IMG/VR virus record: IMGVR_UViG_3300014913_000017
Coordinates: 1 to 52,300 of that record
Direction: 5' to 3' (one strand)
Length of the DNA: 52,300 nt
Source: a virus
Taxonomy: Duplodnaviria > Caudoviricetes
Positions 38,414 to 47,813 of the stretch are shown piece after piece. The notes below the pieces were generated by a model. That model did not search any database. It saw nothing but the letters and a program-made list of their open reading frames with translations, and was not told the DNA's origin. The position numbers were made by a program, and so were the translations under genes. Numbering within the stretch: the first letter of the stretch is position 1; every line of letters starts with the position of its first letter.

Positions 38414-38956
38414 ATGACAGGATGGAATGAGATTTTAGGACATCAGCGGTCATGGGCCGTGGTCATTGGCCTGGTGTTCCAGGTGCTGGTGATGATCGGT
38501 TGCCTCACCATGGACAACCCGAACGTGGCGTACATCCTGCACCACGCCCCGGTGATCCTCGCGGCGCTGTGGGGCGCGTTGGTGTTGGGCAAGTCGTATG
38601 AGGATCGGATCACGGGTGGCACCACTTCCGCGTTGCACGTGTGGAGGTCACCCGGCAAGGAGGGCGGGTGGTCCTATGCCCTCACCAGGTTGCTGTCCGA
38701 TGAATCATTCATCACCACCCTCTTGGGATCCGTGCTGGCGATTGTTGCACTCGTCGCACCACTGTGGCCTGGGCTAGAATCCATGCGTGAATTGTTCACC
38801 AATCTGGCCTATACCGTGGCCGCATTGTGCGGGCTGTTGACCGGAGGACTAAAATACACCGCGGCACATTCTGATGGCCGTTTGTCCGCACTTCCACCAG
38901 CCCCACCGGATACCGATCCAGTCCCGGCCCCGGAACCCGACGAGGACACGGAATAG
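38414..38956 (+). CDS. four-TM holin-like membrane protein with internal duplication
   Basis: SD AAGGAGGT, two 2-TM halves, acidic Pro-rich tail, last gene of the late operon. Confidence 0.6.
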   Translation: MTGWNEILGHQRSWAVVIGLVFQVLVMIGCLTMDNPNVAYILHHAPVILAALWGALVLGKSYEDRITGGTTSALHVWRSPGKEGGWSYALTRLLSDESFITTLLGSVLAIVALVAPLWPGLESMRELFTNLAYTVAALCGLLTGGLKYTAAHSDGRLSALPPAPPDTDPVPAPEPDEDTE

Positions 38957-39019
38957 CCTACCTGGGCCAAATGGCCCCGATTCACGACTGATTTTCACCA
39001 ACAATTAACACCTAACATT

Positions 39020-39050
39020 CGGGCGCTTGTGGAATTGCCCGCCATTTTTT
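39020..39050 (+). terminator. possible intrinsic terminator ending the late operon
   Basis: CGGGCG..TGCCCG stem followed by CCATTTTTT in an AT-rich gap. Confidence 0.4.
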
Positions 39051-39174
39051 GTTGTGTATTGGGTGTTAACTGTGTATACATAGGGGTATGAATAATGGAA
39101 ACAGTAACGACGGGCGCACGGGATACGCGGGAAGCGTTCCCAGCGTCCATGCGAATGCCACCAAGGAGGGCACG

Positions 39175-39423
39175 ATGACAACCTATGCATTCCCCACAAT
39201 CATTGGCGGATTAATCAAGGGGACGATCACAAGCAAGCGTGGCGGGATCGTGGTCCAGGTGATTAGTTTCACCAACCAGTACGATCAGACCGCGTACCTG
39301 TGCCGGGTGGTGAGGGATTACCGCGGCCTGCGTTATGGCGGCCGCGAATTCACAGCGGGCCCCGGTGCGGATCTTGCCTCCACCGTCGAGGTTGCCCACA
39401 AGATTATCAACGGAACCTGGTAG
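39175..39423 (+). CDS. early hypothetical protein
   Basis: SD AAGGAGG before ATG 39175. The frame also has an upstream ATG at 39088. Confidence 0.55.
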   Translation: MTTYAFPTIIGGLIKGTITSKRGGIVVQVISFTNQYDQTAYLCRVVRDYRGLRYGGREFTAGPGADLASTVEVAHKIINGTW

Positions 39424-39433
39424 GAGGGACATC

Positions 39434-39606
39434 ATGAGCAAGAGCAACGCACAGATCAAAGCGGCAGAGCGTTTCGACAACGCTACCGCGATCCTCCACA
39501 AGCGTACCGGATCCTGGACAACGCTTGCCGCGAATGGATCCGCGAAAACCATCCCGACATTGCATCCGGATTCGACGGCCTCCCATTCACGGAGGTGGCG
39601 GTATGA
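39434..39606 (+). pseudogene. small early gene with an apparent 1-nt frameshift
   Basis: SD plus ATG gives MSKSNAQ..ILHK. The -1 frame continues AYRILDNACREWIRENHPDI..EVAV* and ends in an ATGA overlap with the next gene. Confidence 0.45.
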
Positions 39607-39824
39607 TCTGGCGGCGCAATCCCGTGACGCGGAATTGGCTGGGTCTTCCGGAAGATCAGAACGTCCACAGCTATCTGGCGATCCCGGAGGGACGTTCCCG
39701 CCACCCCATGGTGTGGGACCTGTACAAATATATGAATGCTGGTGGTGGTGTCGATCGCCTGGGCACGTTCCCCACCCTCCGTGAGTGCAAGGCCAAGGCG
39801 GAGGAACTGGAGGCACAGGTATGA
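39603..39824 (+). CDS. early hypothetical protein
   Basis: SD GGAGGT. LGTFPTLRECKAKAEE motif common in small phage proteins. Confidence 0.6.
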   Translation: MIWRRNPVTRNWLGLPEDQNVHSYLAIPEGRSRHPMVWDLYKYMNAGGGVDRLGTFPTLRECKAKAEELEAQV

Positions 39825-39949
39825 ACACCAGCCCTGGAATGGTTGACCGTGGCGGGATCGTGTTCCGCCCCAGGGCCCGGGCTCACATGAGCCCCGCAAC
39901 AACCACAGCCCGGTTGAATGGCCGGGCCCAGTTAAGGGAAGGCAATACA

Positions 39950-40141
39950 ATGATCAAGATCAAATGCACGTGTGGTGTGATCCACACATTCCTGATCAAG
40001 TACAAGGGCCAGGACGTGGCCACCGCGTGTGACTGCGGACGCACGATCGCGGTGGACACCAGCCCCACCAGGCGCACCCCCAAGGCGGTGGTGTTCAACA
40101 AGGCGGACACGGGCCTGATCCCGGTCCGGGAGGTGGCGTGA
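39950..40141 (+). CDS. small Zn-ribbon protein (may start at 39821)
   Basis: IKCTCG...ACDCGR. Confidence 0.55.
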   Translation: MIKIKCTCGVIHTFLIKYKGQDVATACDCGRTIAVDTSPTRRTPKAVVFNKADTGLIPVREVA

Positions 40142-40506
40142 TGGAGGCCAAGGAAAGGCGGATCAAGCTGAGTGCCACGGCCAAGCGGGAAGTGCCGGAC
40201 CTGATGCGCAATGAGGCCACCAGGCTGGCGGACTGGGAGGCGGACAAGGTGTTGGCCGTGTGCCGGAAGATCGAGCGGTGCGAGTCCCCGCGGATCGGGC
40301 TCACGTTCGATGAACTGTACACGCTGGACCTGGTGATCCACTGGTGCGCCAAGGTGGACCCGGCGGGCAAGGAGGACCGGGCGATCAGCACCCTGGCACG
40401 GGACGCACACACGGCCCTCCGGGCGTGTTGCAAGGAGGGGACATGGGAGCCCCTCCCCCAGTACGCGGGCACCTGTGACCCCATCCAGGCCCAGGGAGGT
40501 GAATGA
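40138..40506 (+). CDS. hypothetical protein
   Basis: Overlap-coupled, SD GGAGGT. Confidence 0.6.
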   Translation: MMEAKERRIKLSATAKREVPDLMRNEATRLADWEADKVLAVCRKIERCESPRIGLTFDELYTLDLVIHWCAKVDPAGKEDRAISTLARDAHTALRACCKEGTWEPLPQYAGTCDPIQAQGGE

Positions 40507-41822
40507 TGGGGCGGGACATCCTGGATCCGGTGTGGCCCTGGGAGGAGGTCCGGCGGACCATGATCGGGATGGTGATCACGGCCCAGGTGGAATTCAAGGA
40601 GGACGGGACGCTGGCGATCCAGGGCCCGGGCTGGAGGGCCCTCCTGGACGCCAGGGACGCCCCCCAGTCCGCGGACCCCTTGACGGGGCCCAGGGCCAAG
40701 GCCCAGGACGGGAAGGCCCCCAGCGGGCCTCCTGTGAAGCCTGGGGACTGGTACCGCCGCCACCCCGCGTGGCCGATCGTCCACCTGTGTGCGGACACGG
40801 ACCCGGAGGGGGGCGCGGTGGGGCATTCCTGTTGCGGGAAACCGATCCACCGGGACGCCCAGGTGGACACCGGGACCGATTCCAAGCGGTGCCCCTCCTG
40901 TGAATCCCACGCGGACCGGGTGGGCCAGCCCGGGTTCCACAAGGAGGGCCCGCGCCTTCCCACGCGCCAGGACGCCCAGGACGCCACACAGGGCCCGGAA
41001 GGTTCCGGGGGTGTTGGTACACGTCCGGAGGCCGTCGAGGCCCCCAGCGCGGACGTGGTGCCCCAGGACGTGTGCCTGGTGCAGACCCGGGCCCGGCGGG
41101 GCCTCCGGGTCACCCATGCCATGAGGGTGGGGCGGAGGCACACGCTGTGTGGGCACCACCTCCAACCCGTCCCCCCCAAGGCCCCGGCGGGGTCCGCCCT
41201 GAACTGCCCGGGGTGCATGGAGGCCCTGGGTGTGGCCACGGTTCCCACGGACGTGCCCAGGGATATCCAGATCACGGAGGTGTCCCTGGTGAATCCGTCC
41301 CGTGGTGGCCACGGTCCCATGGTCGAAAGGGACGGCACGGAGCCCGTGGTGATCGAGGAGGAGGACCGGGGCCCCGGGTACGCGATCCCGGCGGAGCCTG
41401 TCCTGGGATCCGTGGTGTACGGTGAAACCGGAAACAGGGTGACACGGAATCACATCACGGTGGACGGTGTGCGGACGCTGTGCGGCTGGGAGGGCGGTGT
41501 GTATCATGTGCGGTCCAAGTGGTCCCCCCACAGCCTGTGTGTGCGGTGCTGTAATGCCATGGGATCCCGTGGCGTGAAGTTGCACGGGGACGGGAAGCTG
41601 TGGACGGTGGAGGCACTCGCCAAGTGGATGATCGAGGAGGGCACGGACCAGGTGGCGGTGGAACGCCACGGGCCCTATTCCCACGGGATCGAGGAGGCCA
41701 CCACCAGCGGGGTGGGGGACTGGTCACTGGGCGGACTGATCCACCTCCGGTGGTACACGGATCGAGAGGTCCAGGACGTGATCGACGCTGCCCGCAAGCT
41801 GGCCCAAGGAGGTGCAAAGTGA
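40503..41822 (+). CDS. mosaic hypothetical protein with three Cys/His zinc-finger-like motifs
   Basis: SCCG..CPSC; H..HTLCG..CPGC; H..TLCG..CVRC. Confidence 0.55.
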   Translation: MMGRDILDPVWPWEEVRRTMIGMVITAQVEFKEDGTLAIQGPGWRALLDARDAPQSADPLTGPRAKAQDGKAPSGPPVKPGDWYRRHPAWPIVHLCADTDPEGGAVGHSCCGKPIHRDAQVDTGTDSKRCPSCESHADRVGQPGFHKEGPRLPTRQDAQDATQGPEGSGGVGTRPEAVEAPSADVVPQDVCLVQTRARRGLRVTHAMRVGRRHTLCGHHLQPVPPKAPAGSALNCPGCMEALGVATVPTDVPRDIQITEVSLVNPSRGGHGPMVERDGTEPVVIEEEDRGPGYAIPAEPVLGSVVYGETGNRVTRNHITVDGVRTLCGWEGGVYHVRSKWSPHSLCVRCCNAMGSRGVKLHGDGKLWTVEALAKWMIEEGTDQVAVERHGPYSHGIEEATTSGVGDWSLGGLIHLRWYTDREVQDVIDAARKLAQGGAK

Positions 41823-42685
41823 AACAGGCATACATCACCAAGGGCATCGCCCCGGCCTCCCTCGAATTGCTCGATCACGCCAACGCGATCCTGGCGGAGT
41901 ACGGTGTCCGGATGACTGTGCGCCAAACGTATTACCAGCTTGTTGCCCGTGACCTGATCCCCAATTCGGTCAAGTCGTACCGCCGGGTGGTGCGTGTCCT
42001 CCGTGACGGTCGGTTGACCGGCCTCCTCGACTGGGACCACATCGAAGATCGCCTCCGCCTCCCGCACATCCCCACCACGTGGGACAGCATCGGGCAGATC
42101 GTGGACGCGGCCCGGGATCAGTTCCGCAAGGACAGGTGGGCCGGGCAACTGTTCAACGTGGAGGTGTGGCTGGAAAAGGATGCCCTGGCGGGGATCGTGG
42201 GTGACGCCACCAGGCGGTGGCAAGTGCCCCTCCAGGTCAACCGCGGGTATTCCTCGATCACGGCCATGCGTGAGGCGGCCCTCCGCCTTCGGCGCAAGCA
42301 AGGCAACACCTCCAAGGACCACGTGGTGATCGGGTACCTGGGTGATCATGATCCCAGCGGGGAGGACATGGTGCGGGACATCCGGGATCGCCTGGCCACG
42401 TTCGGAGCGGACGTGACCGTGATCAAGCTGGCGATCCTGGGGTCCGATATCGAGCGGTACGATCTGCCGCCACAGCCGGTGAAGGCCACGGACAGCCGGG
42501 CGGACGCATTCCGCCAGGCGCACGGGGAGGATTGTGTGGAACTGGACGCCCTCCGCCCCGATGAACTGGACCGCCGGGTGGATACATTCATTCGGGAACA
42601 CCTGGACATGGAACTGTGGGACGAGGTGATCGAGGAGGAGGATCGCCAGCGTGAAGCGGTACACGTGGATCTGGAGGATGTGTGA
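41819..42685 (+). CDS. Topo VI-A/Spo11-like winged-helix + Toprim protein
   Basis: TVRQTYYQLV, VEVWLEKDAL, VNRGYSS, YLGDHDPSG, ELDAL motifs. Confidence 0.8.
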   Translation: MKQAYITKGIAPASLELLDHANAILAEYGVRMTVRQTYYQLVARDLIPNSVKSYRRVVRVLRDGRLTGLLDWDHIEDRLRLPHIPTTWDSIGQIVDAARDQFRKDRWAGQLFNVEVWLEKDALAGIVGDATRRWQVPLQVNRGYSSITAMREAALRLRRKQGNTSKDHVVIGYLGDHDPSGEDMVRDIRDRLATFGADVTVIKLAILGSDIERYDLPPQPVKATDSRADAFRQAHGEDCVELDALRPDELDRRVDTFIREHLDMELWDEVIEEEDRQREAVHVDLEDV

Positions 42686-42945
42686 TGCGGATCGACCTTC
42701 GCAACTATCACCCGATCAGTCCGTTCCAGCATTTCATGGAGGCGGCCATGAGGCTGTCCGCCACGCACGGGGACGGATTCCGTAACAGCGATCCGGTATG
42801 CCATGCCGTCAACCTGGCCTGGGATTTCTGGCGCACTGGTGATCGGTCACTCATGCGGGCCGCGTGGTCCACGCTGCGGCGCGTGGAGGTGGCGTGGCGA
42901 TCCGGGACGATCCGCGGCGCGGTATGGGATCATGTTCACCACTGA
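42682..42945 (+). CDS. hypothetical protein
   Basis: Overlap-coupled with SD GGAGG. Confidence 0.45.
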   Translation: MMRIDLRNYHPISPFQHFMEAAMRLSATHGDGFRNSDPVCHAVNLAWDFWRTGDRSLMRAAWSTLRRVEVAWRSGTIRGAVWDHVHH

Positions 42946-43213
42946 CGTTGACTGGCTGGTGAACGCCACACCGGAGGAGGTGCAAGTCCTCCAAGTGGCG
43001 ATCCTGATCACCCTTGGATGTACCCCGCGGGCATGGAAGGCAACCCGCAATCCTGTGGAGGTGTACGAATCCGGACGCCTCGCAAACGATGAAAAACGGT
43101 TGGTGGAAATTCTAATCAGCCACGCCACCAGGTGCAATTTAGATCCACGTGATCTCCCGGAGCCAATCCTGCCCAGCACCCTCCGCCGGATCGTCCTTGC
43201 GCGGCGCAAGTGA
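42932..43213 (+). CDS. hypothetical protein
   Basis: MFTTDVDWL..., fills the operon up to the intergenic gap. Confidence 0.45.
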   Translation: MFTTDVDWLVNATPEEVQVLQVAILITLGCTPRAWKATRNPVEVYESGRLANDEKRLVEILISHATRCNLDPRDLPEPILPSTLRRIVLARRK

Positions 43214-43395
43214 GCCACGCGGGCCCAAAATCGGGCCGTCCTGTCCAGAAAAATGCACAACTTTTATCACCTAGAAAAACGCGCACTTACAGGCTGGCAC
43301 GCATTTGGCTGTTGTATTAACTGTGTAAGGTGTGCTAAGTCTTGGCCATGATGATGAATCACACAGCAAACGCCAACGCCAACAAGGAGGGCACC

Positions 43396-43770
43396 ATGGC
43401 ACGCAAGAGCAACAACCGGATCGTGGCCGCTGAAATTTGCCTGTATGGAACCACCAGGCACGGGGCCGGGTACATCGCCGCGGTTCACCACAAGGACGGT
43501 TCCCAGTCCATGCACGGGGATGGATCGATCCGGGAGGGACGCACCTTCACGGACGCCCTGATCCTCGCCCGCATGGATCTGGTGGATGCGGGATGCAAGC
43601 CCAACACCAGGCTGGCCGTTCACATGGATCGCCCGAACGGCACGCCCATGGTGGCACGCCTCACGGTGGGCACGGTGCGGTACGCTGGTGACCTCCGCTG
43701 GACGGTGGCGGAGCCCGCGGTGGTGATCACGGCCGATCAAGTCGAGGCCATGGCGGAGGTGACCCCATGA
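43396..43770 (+). CDS. early hypothetical protein
   Basis: SD AAGGAGG. Leader nearly identical to that at 39151-39177. Confidence 0.6.
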   Translation: MARKSNNRIVAAEICLYGTTRHGAGYIAAVHHKDGSQSMHGDGSIREGRTFTDALILARMDLVDAGCKPNTRLAVHMDRPNGTPMVARLTVGTVRYAGDLRWTVAEPAVVITADQVEAMAEVTP

Positions 43771-44024
43771 GCGCGGCAACCGACACCACCACCTTGAACC
43801 CCGCGGACCTCTTCACCGTCCTGTGCGCCCTCGATTCCCACAGGGAGATCATGATGGAACGCGGGACGGATGCACTGGCCCACGGGGACATGGCAACGGC
43901 CAGGCGGTACGCGGAGCGGTGCAAGGAGGCCAACGATCTGGAGGGCCGCCTCACGTCCGGCCTCCACGTCCGTGTCCTCCACGGCCTCCAGGATCGCGTC
44001 AACCGCGCCATGGAGGGGAAGTGA
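43767..44024 (+). CDS. hypothetical protein
   Basis: ATGA-coupled, SD GGAGGT. Confidence 0.6.
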   Translation: MSAATDTTTLNPADLFTVLCALDSHREIMMERGTDALAHGDMATARRYAERCKEANDLEGRLTSGLHVRVLHGLQDRVNRAMEGK

Positions 44025-44905
44025 TGACCACCACAACAGCAACCACCATGATCGCCTTCGTGCTGGCGATCATCACTGGACACGTTGACCCGGCCACGCC
44101 TCGCACCTCCACGGTGCGCCTGGTGTACCGCCGGGACGATCGCAAGGCGGAGGCGGATCGTCGTCGCGCCGCCCGCATGGCGTACAAGGAGGCCAAGGAC
44201 AAGCTGGCCTCCGTGCGCCGCCAGGCATCCAAGGCCAGCGGGGAGGACCGTGAGGCCCTCCAGCGGAAGGCCGATCGCATGGAGCCCAAGGTGGCGGACC
44301 TCCGCGCCAGGTGGAAGGAACTGGTGGCGCGGGACAAGGCCAGCCGGGTGCCCGCCAAGGATCGCAAGCGCGGGCCGTGTGCCGGTGCGGTTCCCACCCC
44401 GGAGGGATTCGAGATCGTCCTCCGCCCGCGGGATTTCTATCACCAGACCATTGACCCGAACTGGACCCCCCCGCCGTCACAGCGCACGGCCGTGGGCAAG
44501 TACGTGTTTCCCACGTTCCATGAGGAGGCCCCAGCCCGCGTGGAGGCTTTCATCCGGATCCGCGTTCCCGGCAACGGGGTGAGCGATCAGGAACTGGCCA
44601 CCATGGTGGGAGACTACTTCGATCAGGAGGATTCCAGGGTGTACTGGGGCCGGGTGCGCGTGCTGTTGATCGAGCGGGACACCAGGCCGTACAAGCGGGA
44701 TCAGGCCACGGTGAAGATCAGCACGGACCACAGGAGGATCCGTGGGATGATCCATCCGTCCGATCAGGTGTACAGGGGGCCGTACAAGGGAGGAAATGGC
44801 GGGGGCGGGGCCCCAGCGGCCAACCAGGGCTCCCGCGCCGCCGCACGAGCAACAACCGATCTGAATGTATCCCAGGACGTGGATCACGTCAACGGAGGTG
44901 AGTGA
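44024..44905 (+). CDS. hypothetical coiled-coil protein
   Basis: SD GGAGG, basic coiled coil followed by a globular domain. Confidence 0.6.
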   Translation: MTTTTATTMIAFVLAIITGHVDPATPRTSTVRLVYRRDDRKAEADRRRAARMAYKEAKDKLASVRRQASKASGEDREALQRKADRMEPKVADLRARWKELVARDKASRVPAKDRKRGPCAGAVPTPEGFEIVLRPRDFYHQTIDPNWTPPPSQRTAVGKYVFPTFHEEAPARVEAFIRIRVPGNGVSDQELATMVGDYFDQEDSRVYWGRVRVLLIERDTRPYKRDQATVKISTDHRRIRGMIHPSDQVYRGPYKGGNGGGGAPAANQGSRAAARATTDLNVSQDVDHVNGGE

Positions 44906-47484
44906 TGACGATCAAGGCCAAGCGATCGGGCAAGTGCCCCACGTGCAAGAAGGCGATCAGCGCGGGCGATCCAATCACCAAGTGCAACGGCCGGTGGGTG
45001 TGCGAGGAATGCGCCTCCAAGGCGGAGCCCACGGGCCCCAGGCCAACGGATCTGGAGGTTGCCCTCGCCAAGCAAACGCTGGATCAGGTGGTGGCCAACA
45101 TGATCATGCGCGGTGCCCCCGATCATTACGATGATCAGGGATTCAACAAGCCGGACCACGGGCCCGGAAAGCGGTGGAACGATCGCACGCACCGTGGCCG
45201 GAACTGGCCCTCCTCATGGGTCAAGATGGGTGACCGCCTCCACAAGTACCGCCGCCAGATCACGGAAATGGACCTGTGGGACAAGCTCACGGAGGCCCGG
45301 GAGGTGCTGGGACGTTTCGCGGAGTGGGATGACAGGGACCGCCACGGCCACCAGGATGCCCCACAGGGCGCGGGGGCCTCGACGGGCACCAGCACACGGG
45401 CCGGGACCGGAACGGACGCTGTGGCCCCTCCTGGGCCCCTGGTACCCCCGGGCCTGTTGCCCACGCTGGAGGACGCCTGGGGTGATCACTGGATCGCGGT
45501 CCGTTTCCCGTATGACGCGGACCTGGTGGCCAAGGTCAAGGCCCTCCCCAAGCGGAGGTGGGACAAGGCCAAGCGGGCGTGGCTGGTGCCCCTGGGCCTG
45601 GGTGGCCGGGCGGGTGAGATCCTCCGGGCCAAGTCCGATCCCCTCCTCGACGCAATCGCGGATTCAATTTTCGATCTGCCGGGCGTGGCCCATGCCGTGA
45701 AGGAAACGGAGGCGGCCCTGGGGCTGTCCCGTGCGGTCAACGGGGACGCTGCGGGCAAGGAGGGCGCGGCCGTGGTCAAGGACGTGGAGGCGTCACTCGC
45801 ACCGCACCTCCCCGCCGGGCTGGAACTGTACCCGTTCCAGGCGGTGGGTGTGGGGTTCATGGCCACCAACAAGGGCCGGGCGATCGTGGCTGATGAAATG
45901 GGCACGGGGAAAACGATCCAGGCACTGGCGTTCCTGATCCATGAGGTGGCCCAAGGTCGCAACCCGTTTCCGTGCGTGGTGGTGTGCCCGGCCGTGGTCA
46001 AGCTGAACTGGGAACGGGAGGCCAACAAGTGGCTGTCAAAGCTGGACGGGATCCAGGTCCACGTGTGCAACGGCAACAAGCCCGCACCGGAGGGCACTGA
46101 CCTGGCGATCATCAATTTCGATCTGATGTCCAGGCGAGTGAAGATCGAGGAAACCAAGGAGGGACGGCGCAAGGTGATCACGGTCAAGGAGGTGGTGGGA
46201 CTGCCCGCGAAACCAGCCACGGTGATCGTGGATGAAAGCCACAAGATCAAAAACCCCAAGGCCAAGCGCACCAAGGCCACCACCCAGTACAGCAACCTGG
46301 CGGACAATCGCCTGTTCCTGTCCGGCACCCCGATGTTGAACAGGCCGATCGAATTGTTCCCCACGCTGTCCTGTGTTCGCCCGGAGGAGTGGCGTTCATT
46401 CTGGGCCTTTGCCAAGCGGTACGCGGGCGCATACCGCGGGCGGTTTGGTTGGGACATGAGCGGGGCTTCCAACCTGGAGGAACTGCGGAACCGCCTCCAC
46501 CCCATCATGTTGAGGCGGAAAAAGGAGGACGTCCTGACGGAACTGCCTCCCAAGCGGAGGGCCAGGCTCACGTTGGAACTGTCCAACCGTGGCGAGTACA
46601 ACCGGGCGGAACGTGACCTGATCAACTGGCTGAAAGAAACCACCAAGGCCATGACGCTGGCGGAGGCGGAGGAGGCCGGGCTCACGGGTGAGGCCGCGGA
46701 CAAGGAGGCAAGCCGGAAGGCCAACGCCAAGGCCAGCGCCGCCAAGCGGGCGGAGCACCTGGTCCGCATGAACGCCCTCCGCAAGCTGGCGGGCGTGGGC
46801 AAGGTCAAGGCCGCGGTGAAGTGGATCGGGGATCTGTGGGAAGCGGACGGGGAACGCAAGCTGATCGTGTGGGCTCACCACAAGGACGTGGTGGCGGAAG
46901 TGATCAGCCAGGTACATGAACAGTTCCCGGAGGTGGGGATCGTGAGCCTCACAGGTGACACCACCCAGGCCAGGCGGCAGGAGGTGATCGATTCGTTCCA
47001 GGAGGATCCGGAGGTCAAGCTGTACGTGGGAACCACCACCGCGGGCGGGATCGGGATCACGCTCACGGCGGCCAGTGATTGCCTGTTCCTGGAACGTGAG
47101 TGGGTGCCGGGTGATGAGGAACAGGCGGAAGATCGCGCCCACCGGATCGGCCAGGCCGGGCCGTCCGTCACGTGTTGGTACGCGGACGCGGAGGGCACCA
47201 TCGATCACGATTTCGCGGAACTGGTGGAAGGCAAGCGGGTGATCGCGGGCCAGGTGATCGACGGCAACAAGCCCGTGGTGGCCAAGTCCCGGCTGGGTGA
47301 GATCACCAGGCTGTTGGCGGAACGCCACGGAATGGATCCGCTGGAGGTGGGTGCGGTCCTGGCGGGCCGTTCCAAGGGTGCGGACCTGGTGGCGGAGGCC
47401 AAGCGGGAGGAGGAGGGAATCGAGGAGGAGGAATACGTGGCCAACTGTGACGCGGATCAACAGCGCCGCCTGGGTGCGGAATGA
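44902..47484 (+). CDS. SNF2-family helicase with HARP domain (SMARCAL1-like annealing helicase)
   Basis: ADEMGTGKT, VIVDESH, LSGTPMLNR, MLRRKK, GITLTAA, QAEDRAHRIGQ. HARP-like RFPYDADLVAKVKALPKRRWD. N-terminal CPTC..CEEC. Confidence 0.92.
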   Translation: MMTIKAKRSGKCPTCKKAISAGDPITKCNGRWVCEECASKAEPTGPRPTDLEVALAKQTLDQVVANMIMRGAPDHYDDQGFNKPDHGPGKRWNDRTHRGRNWPSSWVKMGDRLHKYRRQITEMDLWDKLTEAREVLGRFAEWDDRDRHGHQDAPQGAGASTGTSTRAGTGTDAVAPPGPLVPPGLLPTLEDAWGDHWIAVRFPYDADLVAKVKALPKRRWDKAKRAWLVPLGLGGRAGEILRAKSDPLLDAIADSIFDLPGVAHAVKETEAALGLSRAVNGDAAGKEGAAVVKDVEASLAPHLPAGLELYPFQAVGVGFMATNKGRAIVADEMGTGKTIQALAFLIHEVAQGRNPFPCVVVCPAVVKLNWEREANKWLSKLDGIQVHVCNGNKPAPEGTDLAIINFDLMSRRVKIEETKEGRRKVITVKEVVGLPAKPATVIVDESHKIKNPKAKRTKATTQYSNLADNRLFLSGTPMLNRPIELFPTLSCVRPEEWRSFWAFAKRYAGAYRGRFGWDMSGASNLEELRNRLHPIMLRRKKEDVLTELPPKRRARLTLELSNRGEYNRAERDLINWLKETTKAMTLAEAEEAGLTGEAADKEASRKANAKASAAKRAEHLVRMNALRKLAGVGKVKAAVKWIGDLWEADGERKLIVWAHHKDVVAEVISQVHEQFPEVGIVSLTGDTTQARRQEVIDSFQEDPEVKLYVGTTTAGGIGITLTAASDCLFLEREWVPGDEEQAEDRAHRIGQAGPSVTCWYADAEGTIDHDFAELVEGKRVIAGQVIDGNKPVVAKSRLGEITRLLAERHGMDPLEVGAVLAGRSKGADLVAEAKREEEGIEEEEYVANCDADQQRRLGAE

Positions 47485-47813
47485 TGGACCGGAAGCTGGA
47501 CAAGGCCGGGGCCCATTGCAAGGTGGGGGTGTGGTACCTGGTGATCAGCGTGTACCGCTGGGACCGTGAGCCCGGGGAGGAACCCGTGGAGGTGATCGTC
47601 CGCCGGGCCCGCAACCTACAGGACGCCAGGCCGGGCCGTGGGCGCGTTGCCCAGGTGATGCGGGCCCAGGGGTACACCTGTGAGTTTGCGGACCCTGGGG
47701 GCCACGCTGGGTGGCCGTACAGGGTCAAGGCGTTCATGGCCAAGCGTCCGGTGCCCGGATCCCCCCTGGGACGGGTGGGCACCCTGTGGTCATACGCTGC
47801 GGGGAGGGCTTGA
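47481..47813 (+). CDS. hypothetical protein
   Basis: ATGA-coupled to the helicase gene. Confidence 0.5.
   Translation: MMDRKLDKAGAHCKVGVWYLVISVYRWDREPGEEPVEVIVRRARNLQDARPGRGRVAQVMRAQGYTCEFADPGGHAGWPYRVKAFMAKRPVPGSPLGRVGTLWSYAAGRA

Noticed and set aside
41260-41300. DIQITEVSLVNP in the early Zn-finger protein resembling the protease EVSLV motif
   Set aside because: Short isolated match lacking the AN residues and other protease motifs. Chance or a small captured fragment cannot be distinguished.
41819-42685. Wadjet JetD-like defence system
   Set aside because: No JetABC/SMC genes nearby.
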